27,622 nucleotides of DNA from Elusimicrobiota bacterium. GTDB lineage: Bacteria; Elusimicrobiota; Elusimicrobia; Elusimicrobiales; UBA9959. The stretch is taken from NCBI GenBank assembly GCA_027340875.1, contig DAIENX010000048.1, positions 1 through 27,622 of the forward strand, in the 5' to 3' direction. A program made the position numbers and the translations under genes. Below are positions 8,942-17,509 of the stretch, one piece after another. Each line of letters starts with the position of its first letter. Within the stretch, counting starts at the first letter, position 1. Below the pieces are notes generated by a model. The model did no database searches. It was not told the DNA's origin and saw only the letters and a list, made by a program, of their open reading frames with translations.

Positions 8942-10270
8942 TTAGAATTTGGCCGAGACGGCCCCGTAGACCAGTTTGGCTTCCTTGGCGTAGGGATACA
9001 GGCCGAGCGGCGTGAAGACCGCGTAGAGGGCCGTCAGGCGAAGATTGTCGCCCATCGGGTAGGCCGCCTTTATGTCCCACTCGCTGGCGATCTGCAGCGA
9101 GCCGTCAGCGGCGTTCTTGGAGGCCCGGAACTTGTAGAGGTCCGCGGAAAGGGTGAGCTTCTTGTACGGCAGATCGGCCCCGATGTTGATGATGTTGATT
9201 CCGGAGACGCCGTAAGGCAGCCCGTTCAGCGTCGAGGAGGTCTTGGCCATGTCGTAGAGGCTGGCCCCGGCTATCGCGCCGTAGCCGTTGCGCTCCAGGC
9301 CGCTGAATTTCCGGCCGAAGGTCGGGAAGAAGGCCTTGTCGGTATCGGAGCCGGTGCCGGGGTTGCCGGAGGAGCGGCCGTAGGCGAGCCTGAGCCTGGA
9401 CGGGCCGAAGAAAGCGATGTCCTGGTTCCAGGCGCCCTTCAGCATGAAGGCGTGGGCCTCGTATTTCCCGGAGCCTCCTCCGGCGAGTTTGGCCGTGCCG
9501 CGCTGTACTACGGCTTCTCCGTCGAAAGTGAGCTGGCTCTGCGTGAGGTAGTAACGTATGCCGGTGAACTTCTTGGTCCTGGAGGAGGCGTTGAAGAGGA
9601 TGTCCTGACCGGCTCCGCCGTCCTTCTCCCAGAAGTGGTACACCTGCCAGAGGCCTTCGGCCGCGGGGTAGTACGCCGCGCCGCCGAGCAGCGTGAAGTA
9701 GCGGCCGCCGGCGAAAGGCCGGAAGGCGAACACGTCGGCCTTTACCCGGCGGAAGACGTTCTCGGCCTCGAGGAGGCCGCCGGGCAGGCCCAGGTCGTCG
9801 CCGGAAAGAGTGATGCCCTGGCCCAGCGTGAAGTCCTGGCGGCCGAAGGTCGCGGTCACGTTGGGCTTTACGAACTTGTAGATCTTCACGTAGGCGTTGC
9901 GCACGTACGGAGTGCCGTCGGCGTGCGGCAGGCGCGCCGCGGCGTCGGCGAACTGCGGCGCCGAGAGCGTGTTGGAGGACGCCCCCTGGCCAACGCTCTG
10001 CAGCACGATCCCCACGTCCATAGACGAGGACTGCGTCTTCTCCAGGCGTATGCCCTTGATGACGAAGCCCAGCGTGGCGTTCTCGGAGAAAAGCGGCTGG
10101 GACACGGCCGAGTCGCCGTACGGCAGGTGCGCGTAATTGGAGGCCTTCAGCTCGACCTCGGAGGAGAGATCGAGCTTGGTGGCGCCGGCCAGGGAGGCCA
10201 GGGACAGTAGGAAAGCCGCCGCTGCCAGGCGGCGTGAGAGGCTATGGTGTCGGCGTTGCTGCCTGCTCAT
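8942..10270 (-). CDS. Outer-membrane beta-barrel protein (alginate-export/porin-like)
   Basis: Signal peptide, alternating beta-strand pattern, TFGRQ motif and C-terminal Phe (VSAKF). Extended -10 TGtTATAAT just upstream. Confidence 0.75.
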   Translation of the reverse strand: MSRQQRRHHSLSRRLAAAAFLLSLASLAGATKLDLSSEVELKASNYAHLPYGDSAVSQPLFSENATLGFVIKGIRLEKTQSSSMDVGIVLQSVGQGASSNTLSAPQFADAAARLPHADGTPYVRNAYVKIYKFVKPNVTATFGRQDFTLGQGITLSGDDLGLPGGLLEAENVFRRVKADVFAFRPFAGGRYFTLLGGAAYYPAAEGLWQVYHFWEKDGGAGQDILFNASSRTKKFTGIRYYLTQSQLTFDGEAVVQRGTAKLAGGGSGKYEAHAFMLKGAWNQDIAFFGPSRLRLAYGRSSGNPGTGSDTDKAFFPTFGRKFSGLERNGYGAIAGASLYDMAKTSSTLNGLPYGVSGINIINIGADLPYKKLTLSADLYKFRASKNAADGSLQIASEWDIKAAYPMGDNLRLTALYAVFTPLGLYPYAKEAKLVYGAVSAKF

Positions 10271-10315
10271 GTGCGTTTAAATTATAACAAATAATATACG
10301 CGCTTCCCCGCTGAC

Positions 10316-10353
10316 AAAAACAAAAGCCCCGGGGCCGCCGGGCCCCGGGGCTT
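10316..10353 (-). terminator. Intrinsic terminator
   Basis: 13-bp stem AAGCCCCGGGGCC/GGCCCCGGGGCTT with 4-nt loop, preceded by A-tracts. Confidence 0.8.
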
Positions 10354-10369
10354 CGGGCGCGCGCCGGTG

Positions 10370-11626
10370 TCAGAAGCCGATGTTCATATACAGGCTTCCG
10401 AGATTGACGGAGTCGTCCTTGCCTCCGATCTTGTAGGTGTCCGGGATGAACTTCGCCAGACCGAGCTTTAGCGCGACGTTCCTGGTGTGGGTCCAGGTCG
10501 CGACCAGGTCGGCCTCGTTGCCCGCGTGCTTCGCGCCGCCGAACTTCCGGGTGAACGTGAAGCTGTAGAACCTGGCCGCCAGACCGAGCTTCTTTACCTT
10601 CTCCGGGGCCCAGTCGGCGCCGAGGTTCCAGGTGGTCAGGTTGTTGAGGCTGGTGTTGGCGGAGTTGTTCACGGCGTTGACGGTGTCCCTCATGCCTACT
10701 CCGCCTATGATCAGGCCGGGGCGGTAGTTGGCGCTGATGTCCATGAACCCCTCGTTCTTGCCCGCCGAGCCTTTGTCGCCGGAGCCCCTCGCGAACTCTC
10801 CGCTGAAGGTCCACCTGCCCATGAAGGAGTAGTCGTAGGCCGCGTTCAGCTTGAACGCGTAGCCGGTGTATTTCTGGGCGGCCACGTGGTCGCGGCCGAG
10901 GTTCTTGGCGAACTCGCCGCCGTACCTTACGCCCATATATTCGCCTTTACCCTTCAGGCCGAGCACTATCAGGTCCTTGGGGCTGCCGAGGGCGGTCATG
11001 GTCTTTTTCTGGTAGACGTAGGCGGCCGGCTTGATGATCTTGGAGTAGTCGTAGCTGCCGGTGACGCCGTAGACGTCGGTGTCGGTGTTGGTTATCGTGT
11101 TGGTCTCGGCGACCTTGGCGACCACTCCGGAGACGGCGAGCTTGTCCTTGGCCCACTGCGAGGTCCACCCGTCCAGCGCGACGTTGTTGGCGTTGAGGCC
11201 GCGGGTGTACCAGTTGGCGGGCCCGTAGTAGATCACTATGTCCCCGTCGCTGCCGTAATACTGCCGGCCGATCCGGTGGTCCAGCGTGAAGAGGTTCCTT
11301 AGCGTGACGTAGGCCTGGTCTATGAGGAAGCTGTCGGCGGCCGTGGCGACCGGCGCCTCGGAGGCCTGCGCGAACTTCCTGTTGCACTTGTTGAAGCTCA
11401 GGTTCGCCGCCACGTCCTCGTTGAGGTCGAAGCCGGCGTTTATCATCACGCGGTTCTGCACATCGCCGAACTTGTCCGCCGCGCGCCTGTTGAAGTCGTT
11501 TGAATTGTTCACCACCATACCCGCCGCTTCCAGGGAACCGCCCGCCTTGAAGTTCTTCAGTATCTCGGCGTTGACGGCCGAGGCCGTAAGCGCCGTAAGC
11601 GTTATACCCAGTATTGCACGTTTCAT
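10370..11626 (-). CDS. Outer-membrane beta-barrel protein (alginate-export/porin-like), 418 aa
   Basis: True start MKRAILG at 11626 with AGGAGG RBS; signal peptide; IDQAYV..IGRQ and GNEADL motifs; C-terminal YMNIGF. Confidence 0.8.
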   Translation of the reverse strand: MKRAILGITLTALTASAVNAEILKNFKAGGSLEAAGMVVNNSNDFNRRAADKFGDVQNRVMINAGFDLNEDVAANLSFNKCNRKFAQASEAPVATAADSFLIDQAYVTLRNLFTLDHRIGRQYYGSDGDIVIYYGPANWYTRGLNANNVALDGWTSQWAKDKLAVSGVVAKVAETNTITNTDTDVYGVTGSYDYSKIIKPAAYVYQKKTMTALGSPKDLIVLGLKGKGEYMGVRYGGEFAKNLGRDHVAAQKYTGYAFKLNAAYDYSFMGRWTFSGEFARGSGDKGSAGKNEGFMDISANYRPGLIIGGVGMRDTVNAVNNSANTSLNNLTTWNLGADWAPEKVKKLGLAARFYSFTFTRKFGGAKHAGNEADLVATWTHTRNVALKLGLAKFIPDTYKIGGKDDSVNLGSLYMNIGF

Positions 11627-11685
11627 CGGATCCTCCTGTCCAGTCCGTCTTCCGCCCGCTGGCCGCGCGGGGCGGAGCAAAAGCG

Positions 11686-11718
11686 ATGAGCCCGTCCGCC
11701 TGCTGCGGACGGGCTCAT
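11686..11718 (-). terminator. Strong hairpin between OMP genes (terminator or mRNA stabiliser)
   Basis: Perfect 14-bp stem ATGAGCCCGTCCGC/GCGGACGGGCTCAT; only a short, offset U-tract. Confidence 0.55.
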
Positions 11719-11732
11719 GCGGTGATACGCTC

Positions 11733-12299
11733 TTAGAACTTGTAGTCGAGCTTGAGGCCGAGGTTGACAAAGTTGCTGTCCAGGTCGCCGCCGACCGAAT
11801 GGTAGCGCAGGTCCACCCCGCCGGTCCAGTTCTTGTTCAACTCGTAGGCGGCGCCGACGCCGAGGTTGATGCCGAAGTCGGTGCCGGAATCCGAGGCTAC
11901 GAGATTCCCCAGTTTGGCCGAGGACCAGTGGTAGAGGCCGAGGCCGACCAGGCCGTAGTAGGTGATCTTGTCCTGGGTCATGAAGTACTTGGCCGTAGGA
12001 CCGATGTTGAACACCTTCACGCTGTAGTTGCTGTCGACGGCCTTTACGGCGCCCTTGGCGTCGTAGCTGAAGCCGTAGCCCATCTCTAGGCCCACTTTTA
12101 TATTGGCCTTCAGCAGATACTCTCCGGAGACTCCAAGGCCCAGGGAACTGCTGACCGCGTCGCCCATGTCGCCCTGCGGCATCGAGTCGAACAGCATCGC
12201 GCCGTAAGTCACTTTGTCCTTCTCGAAGGTGAAGGCCGCCGAAGCGCTCGCCGCGAAGCCGACCGCCAACAGTACCGCTATCGCTATTGCTCTCTTCAT
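11733..12299 (-). CDS. Small 8-stranded outer-membrane beta-barrel (OmpA/OmpW-like porin family)
   Basis: GGAGGAG RBS, signal peptide, FGINLGVGAAY strand and terminal LDYKF. Confidence 0.85.
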   Translation of the reverse strand: MKRAIAIAVLLAVGFAASASAAFTFEKDKVTYGAMLFDSMPQGDMGDAVSSSLGLGVSGEYLLKANIKVGLEMGYGFSYDAKGAVKAVDSNYSVKVFNIGPTAKYFMTQDKITYYGLVGLGLYHWSSAKLGNLVASDSGTDFGINLGVGAAYELNKNWTGGVDLRYHSVGGDLDSNFVNLGLKLDYKF

Positions 12300-12506
12300 C
12301 AATTACTCCTCCAGTTATGTCGGCGGCCCCGTTTTTAGGGTCTTTGCCTGACCGGTCCGGGGCTGTCCCCGCGGTCAAGGCCTGTGCCCTTTATCCTGGC
12401 CGACGGCTTTTCGGGAGAAGCGCCGCTGTGTCGGCGCTCCGCTTCCCCCTTCTCCGGGGTTGGCGGAACCGCCGTATATGGCGGTCCTCCTTTACAGAGC
12501 AGGTAA

Positions 12507-12535
12507 ATTATGGCAGATAGATTTTTTAATGTCAA
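12507..12535 (-). promoter_or_regulatory. Near-consensus sigma70 promoter about 200 nt upstream of the small OMP gene
   Basis: Minus strand TTGACA, 17 bp spacer, CATAAT with extended TG. Confidence 0.75.
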
Positions 12536-12634
12536 CCGCATCAATATAATTTGTCTCTATATGCTTTATAAGTCAAAAATACGCCATATGAAAAAGCGGC
12601 ATGACCACGAATATCAATGCGATGGTAGGGCAAC

Positions 12635-12658
12635 AAAAAACCGGCGCATGGCCGGTTC
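12635..12658 (-). terminator. Intrinsic terminator after TPR gene 12690-13355
   Basis: Same hairpin plus A6 as 8899-8922 (23/24 identical). Confidence 0.7.
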
Positions 12659-12689
12659 TTTGTCCCTAGCGCGGCGCGCTAAGGTCTTA

Positions 12690-13355
12690 TTATTTTTTCT
12701 GCGGGACTGGCGGCTGCAGCCTGGCCTTGGCCTCCATGGCCCAGGGCGTGTCCGGGTAAAGCAGGGAGATCTTCTCGTAGGATCCGCGGGCAAGGTCCTT
12801 GGCCCCGGCCAGCGCCTGCGAGCGGGCCAGCGAGGCGTGCACTTCGGGGGCAAGGAAGCTCTCCGGGAACCTGGAAAGGAAATCCGAGTACTGCGCCTGC
12901 GCTCCCGCCAGGTCGTTGTCCGCCTCCTTGGACTTGCCCAGGCTGTAGATGGCGAAGGGGGCCAGTATCTTGTCGGCAGATACCTTGGCGTATTGGGCCT
13001 CGGCGTCCTTGTACTTGCCCTGCGCGAAGAATATGTCCCCGCGGGTGAGGGCGGCGTACGCGGCCGCGCTGGTCCCGGCGAAGGACGCCTCCACGCTCTC
13101 CAGTTGCCGCTGGGCCTCGGCCACGTTGCCGCCGAAGCCGGTCTGCTGGGCGATGAACAGCGCCTTCCAGGCGGAGTCCCTCGTGTCCCGGTAATGCATG
13201 AAGAAGTAAACGGCGAAAATGCCGGCGGCGAGCAGTATCACCACGGAACCTATGAAGGTCTCCCTGTTCTTCTTTATCCACTCCAGGGCCCGGTCGAACC
13301 GGGCGGGACCGGCGTGCTCCATGTTGCCGCTGGCTATCCACGTTGAATCTGGCAT
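12690..13355 (-). CDS. YfgM-like single-pass membrane TPR protein
   Basis: WIKKNR followed by one TM helix, then TPR-like repeats (YAALTRGDIFF, YPDTPWA). AAGGAG RBS. Confidence 0.75.
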   Translation of the reverse strand: MPDSTWIASGNMEHAGPARFDRALEWIKKNRETFIGSVVILLAAGIFAVYFFMHYRDTRDSAWKALFIAQQTGFGGNVAEAQRQLESVEASFAGTSAAAYAALTRGDIFFAQGKYKDAEAQYAKVSADKILAPFAIYSLGKSKEADNDLAGAQAQYSDFLSRFPESFLAPEVHASLARSQALAGAKDLARGSYEKISLLYPDTPWAMEAKARLQPPVPQKK

Positions 13356-13381
13356 ATCTTGCGTCGCTCCTTTAAATTCAC

Positions 13382-13453
13382 TGCCCTCTAGAGGAATCGA
13401 ACCTCTATTTAGAGTTTAGGAAACTCCCGTTCTATCCGTTGAACTAAGAGGGC
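13382..13453 (-). tRNA. tRNA-Arg(CCT)
   Basis: Cloverleaf GCCCTCT..AGAGGGC-A; anticodon arm GGAGT-TTCCTAA-ACTCT; T-loop GGTTCGATTCC. CCA not encoded. Confidence 0.95.
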
Positions 13454-13462
13454 GAAAACGGA

Positions 13463-14008
13463 CTAATATTTTATCAAAGAATAGATGCTGCGGCCAGCGA
13501 GCTTCGCTCGGCCCTTCAGGAATTCCAATTCTATCAGCATGGCTATCCCGGCCACCTTGCCGCCCAGCCTGTCCACCATCTCGCAGACGGCGGCGGCCGT
13601 GCCGCCGGTGGCCAGCACGTCGTCGACCACCAGCACCTTCTCTCCGGGTTTCACCGCGTCCTCGTGCATCTCGAGCGTGTCGGTGCCGTATTCGAGCGCG
13701 TAAGTGGCGGAAACTTTCTTGTAGGGCAGCTTCCCCTTCTTGCGCACCGGCACTATGCCGGCGCCGAGCTCGGCCGCTATCGGGGCGGCCAGCAGGAAGC
13801 CCCTGGCCTCTATGCCCAGCACCTTCGTGACGCCGGCGTCCCTGAAAGCGTCGGCGAAGGCCTTCACCAGGCCGGTGAAGGCGGCGTGGTCGGCCAGCAG
13901 CGGCGTGATGTCCTTGAAAACTATGCCGGGCTTCGGGAAGTCCGGCACGTCCCTGATCATCGATCTGGCCTTCTGCGCCACTGCCTCAGGTAATGCCTGT
14001 GTCATCAT
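13463..14008 (-). CDS. apt: Adenine phosphoribosyltransferase
   Basis: IRDVPDFPKPGIVFKDITPLL, IEARGF, LEYG and VDDVLATGGT motifs. Confidence 0.97.
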   Translation of the reverse strand: MMTQALPEAVAQKARSMIRDVPDFPKPGIVFKDITPLLADHAAFTGLVKAFADAFRDAGVTKVLGIEARGFLLAAPIAAELGAGIVPVRKKGKLPYKKVSATYALEYGTDTLEMHEDAVKPGEKVLVVDDVLATGGTAAAVCEMVDRLGGKVAGIAMLIELEFLKGRAKLAGRSIYSLIKY

Positions 14009-14021
14009 GGTACCTTCTTGA

Positions 14022-15074
14022 TCATTTCTTGCCGTTCTTCTTGCGCGGCACGTAGGGTTTGGTGGGGATGGCGTCCCCGAGTATGTCGGTTTTGGGCTTG
14101 GGCTGCTGCCAGCCCGGCTGGAGGTTCGCGTGGTCCGGCCGGCGGCCCAGCTCTATCAGGCCCATCTTCGCGGCTACGCGGCGCAGCCGCAGCAGCGCGC
14201 GCTCCTCTATCTGGCGCACGCGCTCGCGCGAGAGCCCCAGCTTCTTGCCGATGTCGTTGAGCGTCATCGGGGTCTGGCCGGTGAGGCCGTAGCGGTACTC
14301 GACTATCATCCGCTCGCGCTCGCCTATCTCCACCAGGGCGTCCTTGAGCTCGTCGTGCAGGCGCAGTATGGAGATCAGGTTGTCCGGAGTGGAGGAGTCA
14401 GCGTCCTTCAGCGTGTCGCCGACCGTGTCGTCCATGCCTTCGCTCGAGGAGAGCGGCGTCTCTATCGACGAGAGGCCGGTCACTATCTCGCTGGCGTTCA
14501 GCGCGGTGCGCACCTGGTTGGCGTTCCAGTGCATGTGCTTGGCCATCTCGGCCATCGTCGGGTCGCGGCCCAGCTTGCCGTGCATCGTGTCCCACTGCTT
14601 GAGCCACTTGCGCAGCGCGGTCCAAGCGTGCGGCGGGATGCGGATGGTCTTCGAGTTCTCCTCCACCGAGCGGCGCACGTACTGCTCTATCCAGTACGAC
14701 GCGTAGGTCGAGAAGCGGTAGCCCTTACGCGGGTCGAACTTGTCTATCGCGTGCAGCAGGCCGAGGTTGCCCTCCTCGACTAGGTCCATCAGGTCGGCGC
14801 CCTGGTACAGGAAGCGCTTGGCTATCGGGATCACGAGCTTGAGGTTCAGCTCCATGATGCGCTCTTTGGCGCGGCGGTCGCCGCGCTTTACGCGTTTCCA
14901 CAGTTCGTGCGACTCCTCGCGCGAAATCTTATGGTCTATCTGGCTGATCCTGCGTATGTACTGGTTGGTGGAGTCTATGTTTATGTCGCTCAGCTTTTCC
15001 TTGGGGGCAGGGGCAGCCGGGGTCTCTTTTTCCTCCCGCTCCTTCTCCGCTCCGTCCTTCTCTTCTTCAGCCAT
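14022..15074 (-). CDS. RNA polymerase sigma factor, sigma70 group-2 (RpoS/RpoD-like, lacking region 1.1)
   Basis: Regions 1.2, 2 (NLKLV, DLVEEGNLGL, KFDPRKGYRFSTYA), 3 and 4 (TLNDIG..LSRERVRQIE). GAGGTG RBS before ATG 15074. Confidence 0.9.
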   Translation of the reverse strand: MAEEEKDGAEKEREEKETPAAPAPKEKLSDINIDSTNQYIRRISQIDHKISREESHELWKRVKRGDRRAKERIMELNLKLVIPIAKRFLYQGADLMDLVEEGNLGLLHAIDKFDPRKGYRFSTYASYWIEQYVRRSVEENSKTIRIPPHAWTALRKWLKQWDTMHGKLGRDPTMAEMAKHMHWNANQVRTALNASEIVTGLSSIETPLSSSEGMDDTVGDTLKDADSSTPDNLISILRLHDELKDALVEIGERERMIVEYRYGLTGQTPMTLNDIGKKLGLSRERVRQIEERALLRLRRVAAKMGLIELGRRPDHANLQPGWQQPKPKTDILGDAIPTKPYVPRKKNGKK

Positions 15075-15087
15075 GTTCACCTCTCGC

Positions 15088-15366
15088 TTAAACCGTGGGT
15101 TTGATGTGAAAATCTTTTTCCGCAGCTTCCTGGTCCAGCATCTCCTGTGTCTCGGCCCTGTCTACGCGCGCCATCGGATTGCCGTTCTTGAGGGACTTGA
15201 CGAACGCGTCCAGCGCGGGCACGTTGCCCTGGGCTTCCCCCTCCACCGCCCCGTCCAGGGTGTTTCGTACCCAGCCGGTGACTCCGTGGCTGGACGCGGC
15301 TTCCTTTACGAACCAGCGGAAGCCGACTCCCTGTACCATGCCGAAAACCCTGAAGCTCAAGCGCAT
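15088..15366 (-). CDS. acyP: Acylphosphatase
   Basis: VFGMVQGVGFR and GWVRN motifs; start MRLSF at 15366. Confidence 0.93.
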   Translation of the reverse strand: MRLSFRVFGMVQGVGFRWFVKEAASSHGVTGWVRNTLDGAVEGEAQGNVPALDAFVKSLKNGNPMARVDRAETQEMLDQEAAEKDFHIKPTV

Positions 15367-15444
15367 ATTTATCGTGTTCCGACGGATACAATGATACTTT
15401 AAAAATATGCCCGCTAGCAAGGCGCTATTGACAGCGCAACGGGC

Positions 15445-15473
15445 AAAAATAACGGCCCGCCTCGCGGCGGGCC
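15445..15473 (-). terminator. Intrinsic terminator after tRNA-Pro(CGG)
   Basis: GGCCCGCC-tcgc-GGCGGGCC hairpin with a nearby A-tract. Confidence 0.7.
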
Positions 15474-15492
15474 TGGTACTGGGTAAATTGGA

Positions 15493-15566
15493 TCGGGGTG
15501 GTGAGATTTGAACTCACGATCTCTCGCACCCGAAGCGAGCGCTCTAGCCAGCTGAGCCACACCCCG
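15493..15566 (-). tRNA. tRNA-Pro(CGG)
   Basis: CGGGGTG..CACCCCG-A acceptor; anticodon arm CTCGC-TTCGGGT-GCGAG. Promoter TTGAAT-17-TATCAT upstream (15601-15629). Confidence 0.95.
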
Positions 15567-15641
15567 ATATCGCTTCCCGCTTCGGTAACGTTGCCGGTAT
15601 ATGATACCAGAAAAAAGGCCGGAATTCAATCTCGCGCAGTT

Positions 15642-16781
15642 TCAGCCGGCGCCGTTGCCGGTGAGCGCCGAGATGACCCTGGCGGCTATGTCGCGCGCCG
15701 CGTGCGGCCGCGCGTGTTCCGCCAGTGCGGCGGAGGCCTGCGAGAGCATGTGCGGGCTGGCGACGTATTTCTTGACCAGAGGCAGCAGCTCGGAGGCGGA
15801 GCCAGCGGATTCCGCCAGCCGGTGCCTCATCAGAAAAGCCGTGTTCCTGGCCTCCTGCCCCGGCAGCGGGGAGTAGATGATGAACGGCTTGGCCAGCGCC
15901 ATGGCCTCGGCCAGCGTAACGCCTCCTGGCTTGCCCACCACCAGGTCCGCCGCGCGGTAGTAGTCCTCCGGAGAGTCCGTGAAGTCCACGAAGCGGAGGT
16001 GGCGGGTGTTGGCGGCGGCCTTCTCCGCCTGCCTGCAGAGCTTGCGGTTGTTGCCGCAGAGCACCGCGGCCTGCAGGCGCCCCAGCAGCGGCTGCAGGGA
16101 CATGGCCGCCTCCTGCAGGTTCCCGAGGCCGCGGCTGCCGCCCGTGATCAGTACCGTGAACAATCCGGGGGCCAGGCCCAGCTTCTTCCTGGCCGAGACC
16201 TTGTCCGGCTGGACGCCGGAAAATTCCTTGCGCACCGGGATGCCGGTCAGGACGATCCTCTCCGGAGGAGCGCCGCGCTTCCGCAACTCCCCGGCGGCCC
16301 CGCGTTCCGGCACGAAGTACGCCTGCACGCCCCGCGGGGGCCAGTAGGCGTGGGCGCAGAAATCCGTCAGCACCGAGAACAGCGGCAGCCGCGAGAGCTG
16401 GCGGCTCTTCGTTATCATCAGCGACGGGAGCGCCTGCGTGGAGATGACGGCGCGCACCCCTTTCTTCAGCAGGAGCTCCTCCAGCTTCCTGGAGGAGAAC
16501 GGGAGTACGGCCTCCCGCAGCGCGCCGGCGGCGAAGGCCACGAAGTCGTTGTCGTACGCGTAATGCCACAGCGCCGGGGTCCGGCTCAGCACCTGCAGGT
16601 AGGTCCTGGCCACGAAGGGCCCGAAGTCCGGGTAGACCTCGGAAAGGTCGATGAAGACCGGTTCTATCACGCTTGGCGGGAGGAACTCCGCTATGGCCCT
16701 GGCCGCGGCGTAATGGCCCGACGGGCAGGTGCCGTAGATCAGCGCCACCTTTATCGGGTAGCCGGAGCGGCCTTTCATCAT
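15642..16781 (-). CDS. MGDG-synthase/UgtP-family diacylglycerol glycosyltransferase
   Basis: SGHYAAARA, VLTDF, TGIPVR, TGGSRG, KPGGVT and PLPGQEARN motifs. Start at 16781 lies 6 nt after TATAAT. Confidence 0.9.
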   Translation of the reverse strand: MMKGRSGYPIKVALIYGTCPSGHYAAARAIAEFLPPSVIEPVFIDLSEVYPDFGPFVARTYLQVLSRTPALWHYAYDNDFVAFAAGALREAVLPFSSRKLEELLLKKGVRAVISTQALPSLMITKSRQLSRLPLFSVLTDFCAHAYWPPRGVQAYFVPERGAAGELRKRGAPPERIVLTGIPVRKEFSGVQPDKVSARKKLGLAPGLFTVLITGGSRGLGNLQEAAMSLQPLLGRLQAAVLCGNNRKLCRQAEKAAANTRHLRFVDFTDSPEDYYRAADLVVGKPGGVTLAEAMALAKPFIIYSPLPGQEARNTAFLMRHRLAESAGSASELLPLVKKYVASPHMLSQASAALAEHARPHAARDIAARVISALTGNGAG

Positions 16782-16802
16782 AGGCTGATTATACAAAACG
16801 AA

Positions 16803-16832
16803 TGCCCCGCCCTTCCGAAGAAGGACGGGGCA
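16803..16832 (-). terminator. Hairpin terminator after ahpC
   Basis: TGCCCCGCCCTTC-cgaa-GAAGGACGGGGCA; the single mismatch is a G-U pair on the minus strand. Confidence 0.65.
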
Positions 16833-16900
16833 CCGTTTCTCTCTCTTTTACTGCCTTTTTCTTCCGTCCCGAAGGGCGTGAAGATCTTGTTGGCGCCGGC

Positions 16901-17509
16901 TCAGAGGTGCTCGGCCACGTGGCCGACCAGCTCCTCCGACGGCGTCAGGGTCTTCGCTCCCGGCTTCCACTTGGCCGGGCAGACCTCGGCCGGGTTCTTG
17001 TAGGTGTGGACGAAGGCCTTCATCTTGCGGACCAGCTCCTCCATGTTGCGGCCGACGTTGTTCAGGTTTATCTCCGCCCCCGCCAGCAGGCCGTCGGGGT
17101 TGATGATGAACGTGCCGCGGTAGGCCAGTCCGGTCTTGCAGTCGTAGGCGCCGAGGGACTTGGCCAGGCGGCCGCGCACGTCGGAGGCCATCCGGTACTT
17201 CACGTCCTTCAGCAGTTTCTCCTGCGCCTGCCAGCCCATGTGCGTGAACTTGGTGTCGGTGCTGACGGACAGCACTTCGGCGCCCAGCTTCTCCAGCTCG
17301 GCGTGCTTGTCGGCCAGGTCGGCCAGCTCGGTCGGGCAGACGAAAGTGAAGTCCGCGGGATAGAACACCAGCAGGGTCCATTTGCCCGCCTTGACCGCGT
17401 CCTCCAGGCGGAAGCGGCCGAACTTGCAGGAAACCGGGTCGAAGGTCTCCAGCTCGAAGCCGGCCAGCTTCTGGCCGACGGTCAGCGTCTCGTTCTTTTC
17501 TTCAGGCAT
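16901..17509 (-). CDS. ahpC: 2-Cys peroxiredoxin (alkyl hydroperoxide reductase C)
   Basis: FYPADFTFVCPTE and EVCPAKW motifs; start MPEEK at 17509 with AAGGAG RBS. Confidence 0.93.
   Translation of the reverse strand: MPEEKNETLTVGQKLAGFELETFDPVSCKFGRFRLEDAVKAGKWTLLVFYPADFTFVCPTELADLADKHAELEKLGAEVLSVSTDTKFTHMGWQAQEKLLKDVKYRMASDVRGRLAKSLGAYDCKTGLAYRGTFIINPDGLLAGAEINLNNVGRNMEELVRKMKAFVHTYKNPAEVCPAKWKPGAKTLTPSEELVGHVAEHL

Noticed and set aside
12300..12500. Assignment to glycine, c-di-AMP or c-di-GMP riboswitch
   Set aside because: Only short fragments resemble the consensus; the conserved cores could not be aligned by eye.
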